This document shows, piece after piece, positions 17,287-26,045 of a stretch of 45,004 bases of DNA (the stretch's first letter is position 1; every line of letters begins with the position of its first letter). Both the position numbers and the translations under genes were made by a program. The notes under the pieces were generated by a model. The model had not been told where the DNA came from. It did no database searches and worked only from the letters and a program-made list of their open reading frames with translations. This DNA is from Marine Group II euryarchaeote MED-G33 (GTDB taxonomy: Archaea > Thermoplasmatota > Poseidoniia > Poseidoniales > Thalassarchaeaceae), in NCBI GenBank assembly GCA_949538655.1, contig CATISE010000082.1, positions 1 through 45,004 of the forward strand, read 5' to 3'.

Positions 17287-17547
17287 TCAGGGGAGTGTCA
17301 AACCATCGAATTCTTTGGCAATATCCTTGCAAAGTCCCTTTAGGACTTTAGATGGATCCTTGCCTTTTTTGCAACGGAGATAAAATTCGGGTTCATCTAG
17401 TTCAGGATGGCCAACGAAGTAATTTGCATATTCGACATCTTTGCTATCATTTAGTCGTGATCGGAATAATTGTAGGGATGTGTGACATTCTCCAGTTATT
17501 CGGATTCGGAGTTCTCCGCCATCGTTCAAAAGTACCTTTATCGCCAT
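17287..17547 (-). CDS. rpoL: DNA-directed RNA polymerase subunit L (Rpo11)
   Basis: 86 aa: …ELRIRITGECHTSLQLFRSRLNDSKDVEYANYFVGHPELDEPEFYLRCKKGKDP… matches the Rpb11/RpoL fold pattern (G-E-x-H-T…HP). Confidence 0.85.
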   Translation of the reverse strand: MAIKVLLNDGGELRIRITGECHTSLQLFRSRLNDSKDVEYANYFVGHPELDEPEFYLRCKKGKDPSKVLKGLCKDIAKEFDGLTLP

Positions 17548-17594
17548 GTTGACCAGCCCGCCGACCCAGCCTACCCTTTTGAGCCTTCTTTATT

Positions 17595-17615
17595 CACCCA
17601 CCCACTATGTGGGTG
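17595..17615. promoter_or_regulatory. 7-bp inverted repeat in the divergent rpoL / MMPL promoter spacer
   Basis: CACCCAC-ccactat-GTGGGTG read directly. An AT-rich ctttattc lies immediately upstream. The function is unknown. Confidence 0.25.
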
Positions 17616-17695
17616 TCAATCTTTAGCTTTGATACCTGATTCAGCGAGCATTTGCAGCCTTCCATCTTATCAATTGAATTCTGCTCGCCAACGCT

Positions 17696-20284
17696 ATGGG
17701 TGAGGGGGAATCAACCGAGTACACCTTGGTTAGTGCCTCCTCTTTTGAGAAGGTATCCATTCCAATTCTCGTTTGTGCCCTGATTCTGACCCTCGTATTG
17801 GGTGCACAATTATTCCCCATGCCAGTGTTCGACACTGACCTGTCAGCATTCACACCAGAAACTCCCGCGGAGGAAGCTGAAGCCCGAATGGCGGCTGATT
17901 TCCCTGCAGAAAGTCGACCCATGTTCATCCATGTGACCGTAGATGATGGGACGAATGTTCTGTCCATGGAAAATTTGCATTTACAACAACTCGCTTTAGA
18001 TGAAATTCTCAATCGGTCTCAATCCTCAAATGATTATATTGAATCTATGATGGCGGCACCACAAATTCTCCAAAATGCCATCGACGAATCCAATCAGACC
18101 AATGATTCCTTGTTGACAGACTATGATACCTGGGCTGCATTGTTAGATGCCATACTCGATGAAGGTACGAAATGCACAGATGCTCTTGGAGATGAACGGG
18201 CACTTTCAGCAGGGGCCTTCATCAGAGATGGTCTGATTCATACTGATTTGGATTACTCCTCCTCATGCGATTACTTGACTGCGAAGGCCTCTGATCCCAA
18301 TGCGACCGGAAATGCAGCCCCAACCGCATCTAGTACTCTTTGGGTACTCTTGATCGACCCGGAACTCGATGATACTGCACGTCAAATCCAGCAGGATTTC
18401 ATCCGAACCCAGCTAGATGATTTTTCATCTGAAAGTGATTTACATTTCCAATCCACGAGTCTAGATCTCATGAGTCATGATATCAACAAAAGTACGATCG
18501 GCGAGTTGGTCATGCTGGTCTCTGCTGCGGTCGCAGTCGTGGTACTGCTACTGGCTTTCGCATTCCGCTCTGTGCGGGGAGTAGCATTCCCATTGGTGGG
18601 CCTATCTGCATCTCTTGTCTGGACATACGGTGGCATGGCGTTAACAGGGATGCAATTTTCAATTCTAGAGGTCGCTGTGGCTCCAGTTGTATTGGGACTT
18701 GGAATCGACTATAGTATTCACTTGCAACGCCGATACAACACCTTCCGAGCCGAAGGTGATTCTGCAAGTCTTGCGTGGCTCAAGGGCTTTGAGACCCTTA
18801 AGATCGCTCTGTCTTTGGCCGTGATTACCACCATGGCCGCCTTCATTGCCAACATTGCATCACCCCTTCCACCATTGCGAAATTTCGGCTTTGGGCTTGC
18901 CTTTGGTGTATTTTGCGCCTTCATATCTTCGACACTCTTGGTTGGTGCCTTACACGTTGTCATGGAACGAGAATCTTCGGCATATGCGAAACACCTCGAA
19001 TGGATGCGGTTTGGAAATTTCAGCAAGCACATGGTCAGTTTCCAGAAATCACATCAAGCCAAAGTCATCGGTATAGCCGCAATGTTGACAGTGGGATCGT
19101 TGATTTTCGCTGCGGCAAAATTGGAAACTGAATTTGAGCTTACCGATTTCCTGAGTGAAGATATGGATGTCATGGAAGGGCGAGATCATCTCTACACATC
19201 ATATGATGCAGCTGGGTGGAAACCGATTTACATCCTGGTCGAACCTGCAGAGGGTCATACATCAATCACAGATGATGCTGATTTCTTAGGTGCGAGTCGG
19301 ATTTTAGACTCATCCTTGGAACATACAAGGGGTGTCGTTTCCCCACAGGCTGATGGTAATTCGCACCCTGCTTACGATGGGCCTTATCCAATATTATTTG
19401 ACGCAGTAGAAGGCGATTCGGGTTTTGGTTTAACACATAATTTGACGATTGACGATGAATTGGAAAAGACTCAAACATACAAAGAAGGCGATATTGCAGC
19501 CGCATTGAAATCCTTGAGTACGAATGATTCGATTTCAGACCCCCTCACTGGGGAGAGTTGGTCCGAGCGTGTGGAAAAGGTAGTCGTGTTCAACGCCGAT
19601 GATAGCATTCGCTACATCCGCATGGAAGTGCTCGTCGAAGTCAAGACGAGTAGCGATAGTTCTGCCGTTCTCGCCGCACTTCGAAATACTGTCGATAATT
19701 TTGCCAACCATCCTGGTTTGGATGAGGCCAATGTGCACATTGCGGGAGACATTGTCAGCCTTGAAGCCGTTCTAGATGGTTTGACAGAATCTCAGTTGCA
19801 ATCCACACTCATCAGTTTAGGAGTCTGTTTTACAGTATTGTTGGCCCTTACTCGTCGGATTGGTCCTGCACTAATCATCGTCTTACCCGTTGGAATTGCA
19901 GCAACATGGGTGGTTGGTTCCATGGCGGTATTGAATCTAAATTGGAATGTGATGACCGTCATGGTCACCGCATTGACCATCGGCTTGGGTATTGATTATT
20001 CCATACACGTCTGGCGGCGATTTGAGGCAATGAAAAATCGAGAAGGTGATCTTTGGGATGGGATGAAGGAGATGTATGCTTCAACCGGTGTCGCTTTGCT
20101 ATTGTCTGCGGGCACCACTGTTTGTGGCTTCACCGTCTTGTTATTCTCCCAGATGCCCGTTGTCCAAGATTTTGGAATTGTCACTGCAATCACAGTGTTC
20201 TTCTCACTTGTTTTAGCATTGATCTTACTACCTGTATTCTTGGTTTTAGATAGCCAAACCAAGAATGGTTCATCGCATGACTAA
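17696..20284 (+). CDS. RND-superfamily / MMPL-domain membrane transporter (paralog 2)
   Basis: 862 aa with the same duplicated topology as 5772..8840. Motifs GLGIDYSIHLQRRYN and GLGIDYSIHVWRRFE. Confidence 0.8.
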   Translation: MGEGESTEYTLVSASSFEKVSIPILVCALILTLVLGAQLFPMPVFDTDLSAFTPETPAEEAEARMAADFPAESRPMFIHVTVDDGTNVLSMENLHLQQLALDEILNRSQSSNDYIESMMAAPQILQNAIDESNQTNDSLLTDYDTWAALLDAILDEGTKCTDALGDERALSAGAFIRDGLIHTDLDYSSSCDYLTAKASDPNATGNAAPTASSTLWVLLIDPELDDTARQIQQDFIRTQLDDFSSESDLHFQSTSLDLMSHDINKSTIGELVMLVSAAVAVVVLLLAFAFRSVRGVAFPLVGLSASLVWTYGGMALTGMQFSILEVAVAPVVLGLGIDYSIHLQRRYNTFRAEGDSASLAWLKGFETLKIALSLAVITTMAAFIANIASPLPPLRNFGFGLAFGVFCAFISSTLLVGALHVVMERESSAYAKHLEWMRFGNFSKHMVSFQKSHQAKVIGIAAMLTVGSLIFAAAKLETEFELTDFLSEDMDVMEGRDHLYTSYDAAGWKPIYILVEPAEGHTSITDDADFLGASRILDSSLEHTRGVVSPQADGNSHPAYDGPYPILFDAVEGDSGFGLTHNLTIDDELEKTQTYKEGDIAAALKSLSTNDSISDPLTGESWSERVEKVVVFNADDSIRYIRMEVLVEVKTSSDSSAVLAALRNTVDNFANHPGLDEANVHIAGDIVSLEAVLDGLTESQLQSTLISLGVCFTVLLALTRRIGPALIIVLPVGIAATWVVGSMAVLNLNWNVMTVMVTALTIGLGIDYSIHVWRRFEAMKNREGDLWDGMKEMYASTGVALLLSAGTTVCGFTVLLFSQMPVVQDFGIVTAITVFFSLVLALILLPVFLVLDSQTKNGSSHD

Positions 20285-20910
20285 GCCGAAATCGTGTGCA
20301 TAAATCCCTTCATTGGGAGTTTCTGCTCACGTGCAACCAATAGTAGAGCCATCCACAATGTCACGGGTCCAAGAGCCCGTCTTTTCCTCTGTGCGCGCCG
20401 CATCACTTCTTTTCGATCTAGACCCGATGTTTGTGCAATTTGGTCTAACAGTTCTGTGATATGACTTGATGCAGGATCAACAGGCGTTGATTCAACCGGG
20501 ATGGTTTCGGGTTCCACCACAGTACTTACCTCATCGATAGATTCCGCCTTTACTCCCCTGGGCAATGGAGGTGGATTTTCCAGTAATCGCATTGTAGGCA
20601 ACCAACCGAATGGGACCTCAATCGAAGAAATGTCGAATGCTGGCATCAATCCGTCAGAGTTTTGATCTAGCCAACTCGAATTGAGTAGATTGTCCCGTAC
20701 GCGCGTGGCAGTCTCCATGTCGAACCAACCCAAATCAAAGGCCCATATTCTACACACTGCCTCTCCATCTATCGATTCACCATTGTGATTTTGCCAAGTA
20801 TGTGCAAGTAAAATCGCGATATCGGGTGCTAAATCCATCTCAGAAGTCATGTGAATGTTCATGTCGACACATTCGCAGTTCTTCATCGTCGCGGGCCAAA
20901 GGTCATGCAC
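20281..20910 (-). CDS. conserved archaeal hypothetical protein, DUF2240-like
   Basis: The architecture, recalled from haloarchaeal DUF2240 proteins, has three parts. The N-domain is …FDLGWFDMETATRVRDNLLNSSWL…FDISSIEVPFGW. A Pro/acidic linker follows. The C-terminal helical module is ITELLDQIAQTSGLDRKEVMRRAQRKRRALGPVTLWMALLLVAREQ. This assignment is from memory and is not verified. Confidence 0.45.
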   Translation of the reverse strand: MHDLWPATMKNCECVDMNIHMTSEMDLAPDIAILLAHTWQNHNGESIDGEAVCRIWAFDLGWFDMETATRVRDNLLNSSWLDQNSDGLMPAFDISSIEVPFGWLPTMRLLENPPPLPRGVKAESIDEVSTVVEPETIPVESTPVDPASSHITELLDQIAQTSGLDRKEVMRRAQRKRRALGPVTLWMALLLVAREQKLPMKGFMHTISA

Positions 20911-20979
20911 TAGAGATTCCTGCGCGGCCTCAAACCGAAGGCTTTGAAGAGGTCGGAGTGTAATCTACGAGGCGATTGT

Positions 20980-21972
20980 ATGAGAGAATACATTGCAAGA
21001 GACCCGAAGACAGGCAAAGCACTGCGAACAGGCCGAAAGCGCAGGAATAACCTTGATTTGGCATACAAGCCTCCAGAAGGAGCTTGGGATTCTATTCCGC
21101 TTGACAGAATCATTCCACTCGCCAGTGGAGAACTTGAAATTCATTCAGTTATTTGGCGGGACAAGGAGCGATTAATGAGGCAGCATGATGCCATTAGAGC
21201 CCTGCCGCGAATACGCGGAAGGGATCAATTGGATGCACATGCGGCATTGGAGGGTGCCTTGGGCTCAATCGATACCCGATTGCGAATTGCCGGTCTGGCG
21301 AGTTTGCCATACTGTGCATTGTTGCACACTGAGAACCTGTTCGAACATTTGCATGAACTTCTCGAAGATGTTGACAGTGAGGTTCAGAAAGCCGCTCAAA
21401 AATGCCTGATCACCGTCGCTCCAGTATTCCCATCCGTTACAGAGGAAACAATGCGACGTGAACTCCGTCTAGAGGATAAACCGCGGCGCTCTTCAGCATT
21501 TGAAGCCCTCAAGCAGGTTGCCACCTCTTGGCCAGAAGTTGCCGAACTTCACATAGACGAATTGATTCGCGAGGAAGAAGGCGAACTTCGTGGAATGGCT
21601 GCCGCAATCTTACCACGGTTGGCCAAACACAAATCCGCCACACTATGGGATTTGATTGGCTGGTGTCTGCAGGATGAGGCTGTGGTTGTCAGAAGACATG
21701 CTGCACGCGCCCTCTTGCCACTGGCAGATCATGCCCCGAAAATCACTCAAATTGCTCTTGAAATAGCCTTCTTTGATGATGATGAAGCGGTACGAAATTC
21801 AGCTCTCAAGGCATCAAAGAAACTCGATCCGAATTCATTCCGAATGCAGCGATTGATCACCGATGGCACACGCCATTCAGATCGAAACATTCGCTTGTCG
21901 TGTATCAAGATGCTTCCCATCATCATGGTCGATGCAGAAGTTCGCATCCAGGCGTCAGAGTTACTGGAATAA
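20980..21972 (+). CDS. HEAT/armadillo-like repeat protein
   Basis: ATG at 20980 (the track start at 20944 is TTG). Helical repeats carry HEAT-like D-x-(D/E)-x-x-V-R signatures: DVDSEVQKAAQKCL, EEGELRGMAAAIL, DEAVVVRRHAARAL, DDDEAVRNSALKA, SDRNIRLSCIKML. The CDS ends at a TAA that is in frame with the next ORF. Confidence 0.65.
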   Translation: MREYIARDPKTGKALRTGRKRRNNLDLAYKPPEGAWDSIPLDRIIPLASGELEIHSVIWRDKERLMRQHDAIRALPRIRGRDQLDAHAALEGALGSIDTRLRIAGLASLPYCALLHTENLFEHLHELLEDVDSEVQKAAQKCLITVAPVFPSVTEETMRRELRLEDKPRRSSAFEALKQVATSWPEVAELHIDELIREEEGELRGMAAAILPRLAKHKSATLWDLIGWCLQDEAVVVRRHAARALLPLADHAPKITQIALEIAFFDDDEAVRNSALKASKKLDPNSFRMQRLITDGTRHSDRNIRLSCIKMLPIIMVDAEVRIQASELLE

Positions 21973-22008
21973 GAAACCGATAGTGAAATCAGAAAATTAC
22001 TCGAGGAA

Positions 22009-22251
22009 TTGATGATTGACGATTCACTTGAAGGAACCGAGGCCCAGAAAAATGCATATCTCGCACCCGCTGAAAAAGTGGAGATGGATGAGGGTTCGAT
22101 AAGTCTCCCTCCGGCCCCTGTTGTATTGCAATCAGAGGTGGAAAAAAAGCCCAAAGAACCCTCTCGAATGCCAGACCCAATCAGGCGACCCAGTCAAGAT
22201 GATATCTTCTATGGCGAAGAATTTGACGATGGAAATGATGGTCTTGTTTGA
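22009..22251 (+). CDS. small acidic protein, or the C-terminal continuation of the HEAT-repeat gene
   Basis: It is in the same frame as 20980..21972 (both starts are congruent to 1 mod 3) with a single TAA between them. The codons right after the stop read ETDSEIRKLLEEL, which is HEAT-like. Confidence 0.4.
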   Translation: MMIDDSLEGTEAQKNAYLAPAEKVEMDEGSISLPPAPVVLQSEVEKKPKEPSRMPDPIRRPSQDDIFYGEEFDDGNDGLV

Positions 22252-22259
22252 GATTATTT

Positions 22260-22274
22260 CTCCCCGTAGGGGAG
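22260..22274. terminator. 6-bp stem / 3-nt loop hairpin preceded by a T-rich run
   Basis: ttatttCTCCCC-GTA-GGGGAG lies 9 nt after the stop at 22251. Confidence 0.3.
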
Positions 22275-22323
22275 GCGGCACGGTTAAAGAGGGGCGGAAG
22301 GTCGCCGACGCCGAGGAATCTGC

Positions 22324-22539
22324 ATGAGTGACGAAGAGTTCGACTCAAAGCGTGAGCAGTTCAGCAATCTGTGGGACGGCGTGACACCCAAAGGGGTCAA
22401 CCGAACCAAGGCCCTCAAATTCCGTCAATATATCCGTGAACACGTCCGCCAAAAGCGAGTGGCGCTGACTCGGGAAAACTGCGAGAAGTACTGGATGGGT
22501 GAATTGCAGAAGGAAATGCGCGACGCGGAGACCTTCTGA
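22324..22539 (+). CDS. small hypothetical protein (71 aa)
   Basis: The ORF lies immediately upstream of, and co-directional with, the DEAD-box helicase. It is a charged helical sequence and I recognise no family. Confidence 0.4.
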   Translation: MSDEEFDSKREQFSNLWDGVTPKGVNRTKALKFRQYIREHVRQKRVALTRENCEKYWMGELQKEMRDAETF

Positions 22540-22553
22540 ACGAGCTGACACAA

Positions 22554-23981
22554 ATGTCTGCTGCCAATGCACTTTCGACCGTCCGTTTTTCGGATTGGGA
22601 TCTTTCTCCTGAAATTGCAAATTCCATCTCTTCGAAAGGCTGGGATTTTGCGACACCGATTCAAGCCGAGGCTATCCCACTTGCCCGTTCTGGGCGCGAC
22701 ATTGTTGGACAAGCCCGCACGGGGTCTGGAAAGACTGCAGCGTTTGGAATTCCAATCATCGAGAATTGTAAACCAACCGGCGTGACCCAGGCATTGGTAC
22801 TTTGTCCAACTCGTGAATTGGCAACACAGGTTGGCGAGGAGATGCAGTGGCTACAAGGTGAAAAGGGTCTCAAATTTGTCACAGTGTATGGTGGTACAGA
22901 TATTGACAAGCAGGCGAAAGTCCTCGATAGTGGCTGCGACATCATTGTCGGCACGCCCGGCCGTGTAATCGATATGAGTAAACGTGGTCATATCGATTTG
23001 GAGAATATCACACACTTCGCTCTTGATGAAGCAGATCGAATGTTGGACATGGGTTTCTTCCCCGATATCCTGTGGTGCCTTGAGCGCTTGACAAATCGAC
23101 AGCAGACACTTCTCTTTTCAGCAACATTCCCACAAGAGGTCCTTGAAGCAGCCAATGAATTCATTTCTGATGCTGAGCACATCATGAGTGATGACTTGGA
23201 TGTTGAAGTTCCAGAAATCGATCAGTTCATGGTTAGAATCGGTCGTGCAAACAAACTCTGGGTTCTGGGTCGCCTGATGGTCCGTCTGACAAAGGAAGAC
23301 CAAGTGATTATTTTCACCAATACAAAACGAATGGTGGACCTATTGGTCGAACGCCTAGATCGTCATCGATTCTCATCAACAGGATTGCATGGCGATATGG
23401 CCCAAAATAAACGTGAGAGAATCATCAGTGATTTCCGTGATGGAAAGACTCGTGTTGTTATTGCAACAGATGTTGCCGCACGTGGGTTGGATGTCGACGG
23501 CGTAACCATGGTTGTCAATTATGACATCCCCTCGGATTCAGAATCTTATGTCCATCGAATTGGTCGAACCGGGCGAATGGGTCGAAAGGGAGAAGCATGG
23601 TCGTTTGTCTCTGGTGAAGATGCACCAAACATGACGAAAATCATCTCGACATGGAACATGGTTGTGCAGGAGGTTGAAGCTCCTGAACTTCCAGATGGTG
23701 TCGATCGAGATCCAGTCCGAAAGCAAATGGATTGGGGTGAAAGTGCAGATGTTTTCGGCATGGTCCCACTCCGTTTGTCGACCAATGAGACCTCAAAATT
23801 GGCGATTCATTGTTTTGTTACAGATCAAGCACGTCTTCCCGACTTGGCCATAGGACAAATTCGAGCCGACGGTACTGAAGCGATTGTTGAAATTCACAGG
23901 GAGAAGGCACAGCACGCACTGGATGCCCTCAAAGGTAAATCGATGAATGGTTCGAATATCAATGTGCAAATTGCAAATTGA
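22554..23981 (+). CDS. DEAD-box ATP-dependent RNA helicase with C-terminal DbpA/RRM-like domain
   Basis: Motifs: Q-motif region FATPIQAEAIP, ARTGSGKTAAF, PTRELA, DEAD, SAT, HRIGRTGRMG. The C-terminal ~70 aa (…AIVEIHREKAQHALDALKGKSMNGSNINVQIAN) looks RRM-like. Confidence 0.9.
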   Translation: MSAANALSTVRFSDWDLSPEIANSISSKGWDFATPIQAEAIPLARSGRDIVGQARTGSGKTAAFGIPIIENCKPTGVTQALVLCPTRELATQVGEEMQWLQGEKGLKFVTVYGGTDIDKQAKVLDSGCDIIVGTPGRVIDMSKRGHIDLENITHFALDEADRMLDMGFFPDILWCLERLTNRQQTLLFSATFPQEVLEAANEFISDAEHIMSDDLDVEVPEIDQFMVRIGRANKLWVLGRLMVRLTKEDQVIIFTNTKRMVDLLVERLDRHRFSSTGLHGDMAQNKRERIISDFRDGKTRVVIATDVAARGLDVDGVTMVVNYDIPSDSESYVHRIGRTGRMGRKGEAWSFVSGEDAPNMTKIISTWNMVVQEVEAPELPDGVDRDPVRKQMDWGESADVFGMVPLRLSTNETSKLAIHCFVTDQARLPDLAIGQIRADGTEAIVEIHREKAQHALDALKGKSMNGSNINVQIAN

Positions 23982-24941
23982 TTATTCCTCTTCGTTCACT
24001 GTTCCGGCTGGATTGACATTGAGGATGGCCAAGCCGGTAAAAATGCCTGAGAATAACCACCATCGAATGGATCGGTCCCAAACATTTGACCAAATTTTTG
24101 CCTCGTCATTTTGACATTCAGAATCTTCACATTCTTCAGCGGCTGCTTTGAACTGTAGATTTTCTTCATTCATCGTGACTTCATGGGTAGCCCATATTGC
24201 AATCACCGCGCAAAGGATAAGGGTGACAATAGATACCCTCGGTAGCGATTCCCGGACTTTGATTTGGTTAAATTTCGGAATGTCTGAAAGCGATGGTTTC
24301 ACTTCCCGGTCTAGATTGCCATTCCGGTTTAATTGGATGTACCAAATAATCCAAAACAATACGAGTAATATCAGGAATCCTTGTCTAAAAATGAATTCGT
24401 GCATTTCATTCATTTGCGCCTCCCCATATTGCATTCCAATCGGGTATAGGGCAACCAGCCTGAGAAAATTCAGAAATTGAACAATCGCAATCATTCCAAT
24501 CAATGATCGTTGACGTATACTTCGTTCTACGCCCGGTGTAAGCAACATCAATACTCCAAGGAACATAGTTTCGTGAACACCCGCACACTCAGCATCGATG
24601 TAGAGCGGCACTTCTCCATAATTGAAACCAGAACCGATGAGGTTGACTCCCGTCCAAGACTGTGAGGGGCCATGGAATACAAGTTCGGCAGAACCAGGCC
24701 AGATGAGATTGGAAACGCCAGTCCATAACCAAGCCAAGAGGACCTGTAGAGGTTCTAGGCTCGCAGAAGGTTCAGTCCCCCACCAGTAGATGATTTCGAC
24801 AAGGACCAATGCGAGGGGAATACGGAGATAGCCATAGGCCATTTCACCCACTTCAGACCATGTCAGGTCATCCTTTTGGCCCCCCTTTTTGTTCCCTCGC
24901 ACAACCATCCCAAGACCCATTCCCGCTTCAATCCCTCTCAT
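23982..24941 (-). CDS. exosortase/archaeosortase-family membrane protein with extra C-terminal TM region
   Basis: Polytopic membrane protein. Family-like landmarks occur in order: DAECAGVHETMF (Cys-x-Gly), FLNFLRLVAL (N-x-x-R) and MHEFIFRQG (His). I trimmed the start to the ATG at 24941 so it does not overlap the divergent TusA gene (the track start is 25052). Confidence 0.6.
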   Translation of the reverse strand: MRGIEAGMGLGMVVRGNKKGGQKDDLTWSEVGEMAYGYLRIPLALVLVEIIYWWGTEPSASLEPLQVLLAWLWTGVSNLIWPGSAELVFHGPSQSWTGVNLIGSGFNYGEVPLYIDAECAGVHETMFLGVLMLLTPGVERSIRQRSLIGMIAIVQFLNFLRLVALYPIGMQYGEAQMNEMHEFIFRQGFLILLVLFWIIWYIQLNRNGNLDREVKPSLSDIPKFNQIKVRESLPRVSIVTLILCAVIAIWATHEVTMNEENLQFKAAAEECEDSECQNDEAKIWSNVWDRSIRWWLFSGIFTGLAILNVNPAGTVNEEE

Positions 24942-24986
24942 CAAATCCCCGACGAATTGAAGAAAGGAGAGCACCCGCCCTAGAAC

Positions 24987-25232
24987 ATGGCACATGCTGG
25001 GGCAGACACCACTCTGGATGTGCTGGGTTTTCATTGCCCAGTACCAGTCCATGAAACCAAACGTGCATTGTCAAAAATGTCTGCAGGAGAGGTCATTTTG
25101 GTGATGGCAGATGACCCTGAAACCAAAATCGATATTCCAGCACTCTTGAATAGAAGTGGCGACACACTTCTGGATGTAGAGGAAGAGGCAGGGGAATACC
25201 ACTACCGCATTCGCAAGGAGGCCAAAGAATGA
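24987..25232 (+). CDS. TusA/SirA-family sulfurtransferase-like protein
   Basis: 81 aa: TLDVLGFHCPVPVHETKRAL…GEVILVMADDP… carries the C-P-x-P active-site motif and the usual TusA length. Confidence 0.8.
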   Translation: MAHAGADTTLDVLGFHCPVPVHETKRALSKMSAGEVILVMADDPETKIDIPALLNRSGDTLLDVEEEAGEYHYRIRKEAKE

Positions 25233-25852
25233 CATCGATTGTAGAGACTGATGATATTCCAGCAGATGCTAGGTTGCCTACCAATCATGGTGAGTTTCGA
25301 ATTCGTGTATTCCATGACCAAAGTACTGGCTTTGATCACGTCGCATTGACATTGGGCGATATGAGTGGACCAGATTCAGTTTTGGTGCGCATGCATTCCG
25401 AATGTCTAACCGGTGATGCATTTGGATCTGAAAGATGTGACTGTGGCCCACAGCTTGATTCCGCCCTGCAAGCCATTCAGGAGCATGGTTGGGGTTGTTT
25501 GCTGTATTTGCGTCAAGAAGGCCGTGGAATCGGTTTACACGCGAAAATTCAAGCGTACAACCTGCAAGATCAAGGTGCGGACACTCTCGATGCGAATCTG
25601 ATGCTCGGTCATCCTGCCGACGCTCGGGACTACAGTATCGCTGCCGACATGCTTCTTGCCGTTGGGATTAGTGACGTTTGCTTACTCACCAACAATCCCG
25701 ACAAAGTTTCGGCACTTCAAGAACTGGGCATTACAGTTTCAGAGCGAAAACCATTGATTGTAGGAATCAACGAAGAAAACCTCGCTTACTTGGAAACCAA
25801 GGCCAAACGCATGGGTCATGAAATTTCACAGCATGAGCTCGGAATTGAGTAA
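25229..25852 (+). CDS. ribA: GTP cyclohydrolase II
   Basis: VRMHSECLTGDAFGSERCDCGPQL (Zn-binding C-x-C…C), YLRQEGRGIGL, and ANLMLGHPADARDY…LLTNNP. The start overlaps the TusA stop (ATGA). Confidence 0.9.
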   Translation: MTSIVETDDIPADARLPTNHGEFRIRVFHDQSTGFDHVALTLGDMSGPDSVLVRMHSECLTGDAFGSERCDCGPQLDSALQAIQEHGWGCLLYLRQEGRGIGLHAKIQAYNLQDQGADTLDANLMLGHPADARDYSIAADMLLAVGISDVCLLTNNPDKVSALQELGITVSERKPLIVGINEENLAYLETKAKRMGHEISQHELGIE

Positions 25853-25855
25853 AGG

Positions 25856-25928
25856 GGCCGCGACCGGGAGTTGAACCCGGGGTGGCAGAGCCACAATCTA
25901 CCGTCCTAACCACTAGACCACCGCAGCC
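25856..25928 (-). tRNA. tRNA-His (GUG) with genome-encoded G-1
   Basis: I folded the reverse complement by hand: G(-1) GCTGCGG TG GTCT AGTGGTTA GGAC G GTAGA TTGTGGC TCTGC CACC CCGGG TTCAACT CCCGG TCGCGGC C. G-1 pairs with C73, the anticodon is GTG, and the T-loop is TTCAACT. CC but no complete CCA follows. Confidence 0.85.
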
Positions 25929-26045
25929 ACGATGTAAATCGGCGACCTGCGCTCGGTATTTCAAGCAAGCGCAGTGCGTTGCTACACGTAATACGCATAC
26001 GCACGCAAGCGAGGGATTGAAGGGGCTGCTCGGTAGCGCAGGTTC

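Noticed and set aside
17641-18012. 123-aa minus-strand ORF across the MMPL paralog-2 start.
   Set aside because: It is antisense to a gene with clear family motifs, and it would consume the rpoL/MMPL promoter spacer. It has no motifs of its own.
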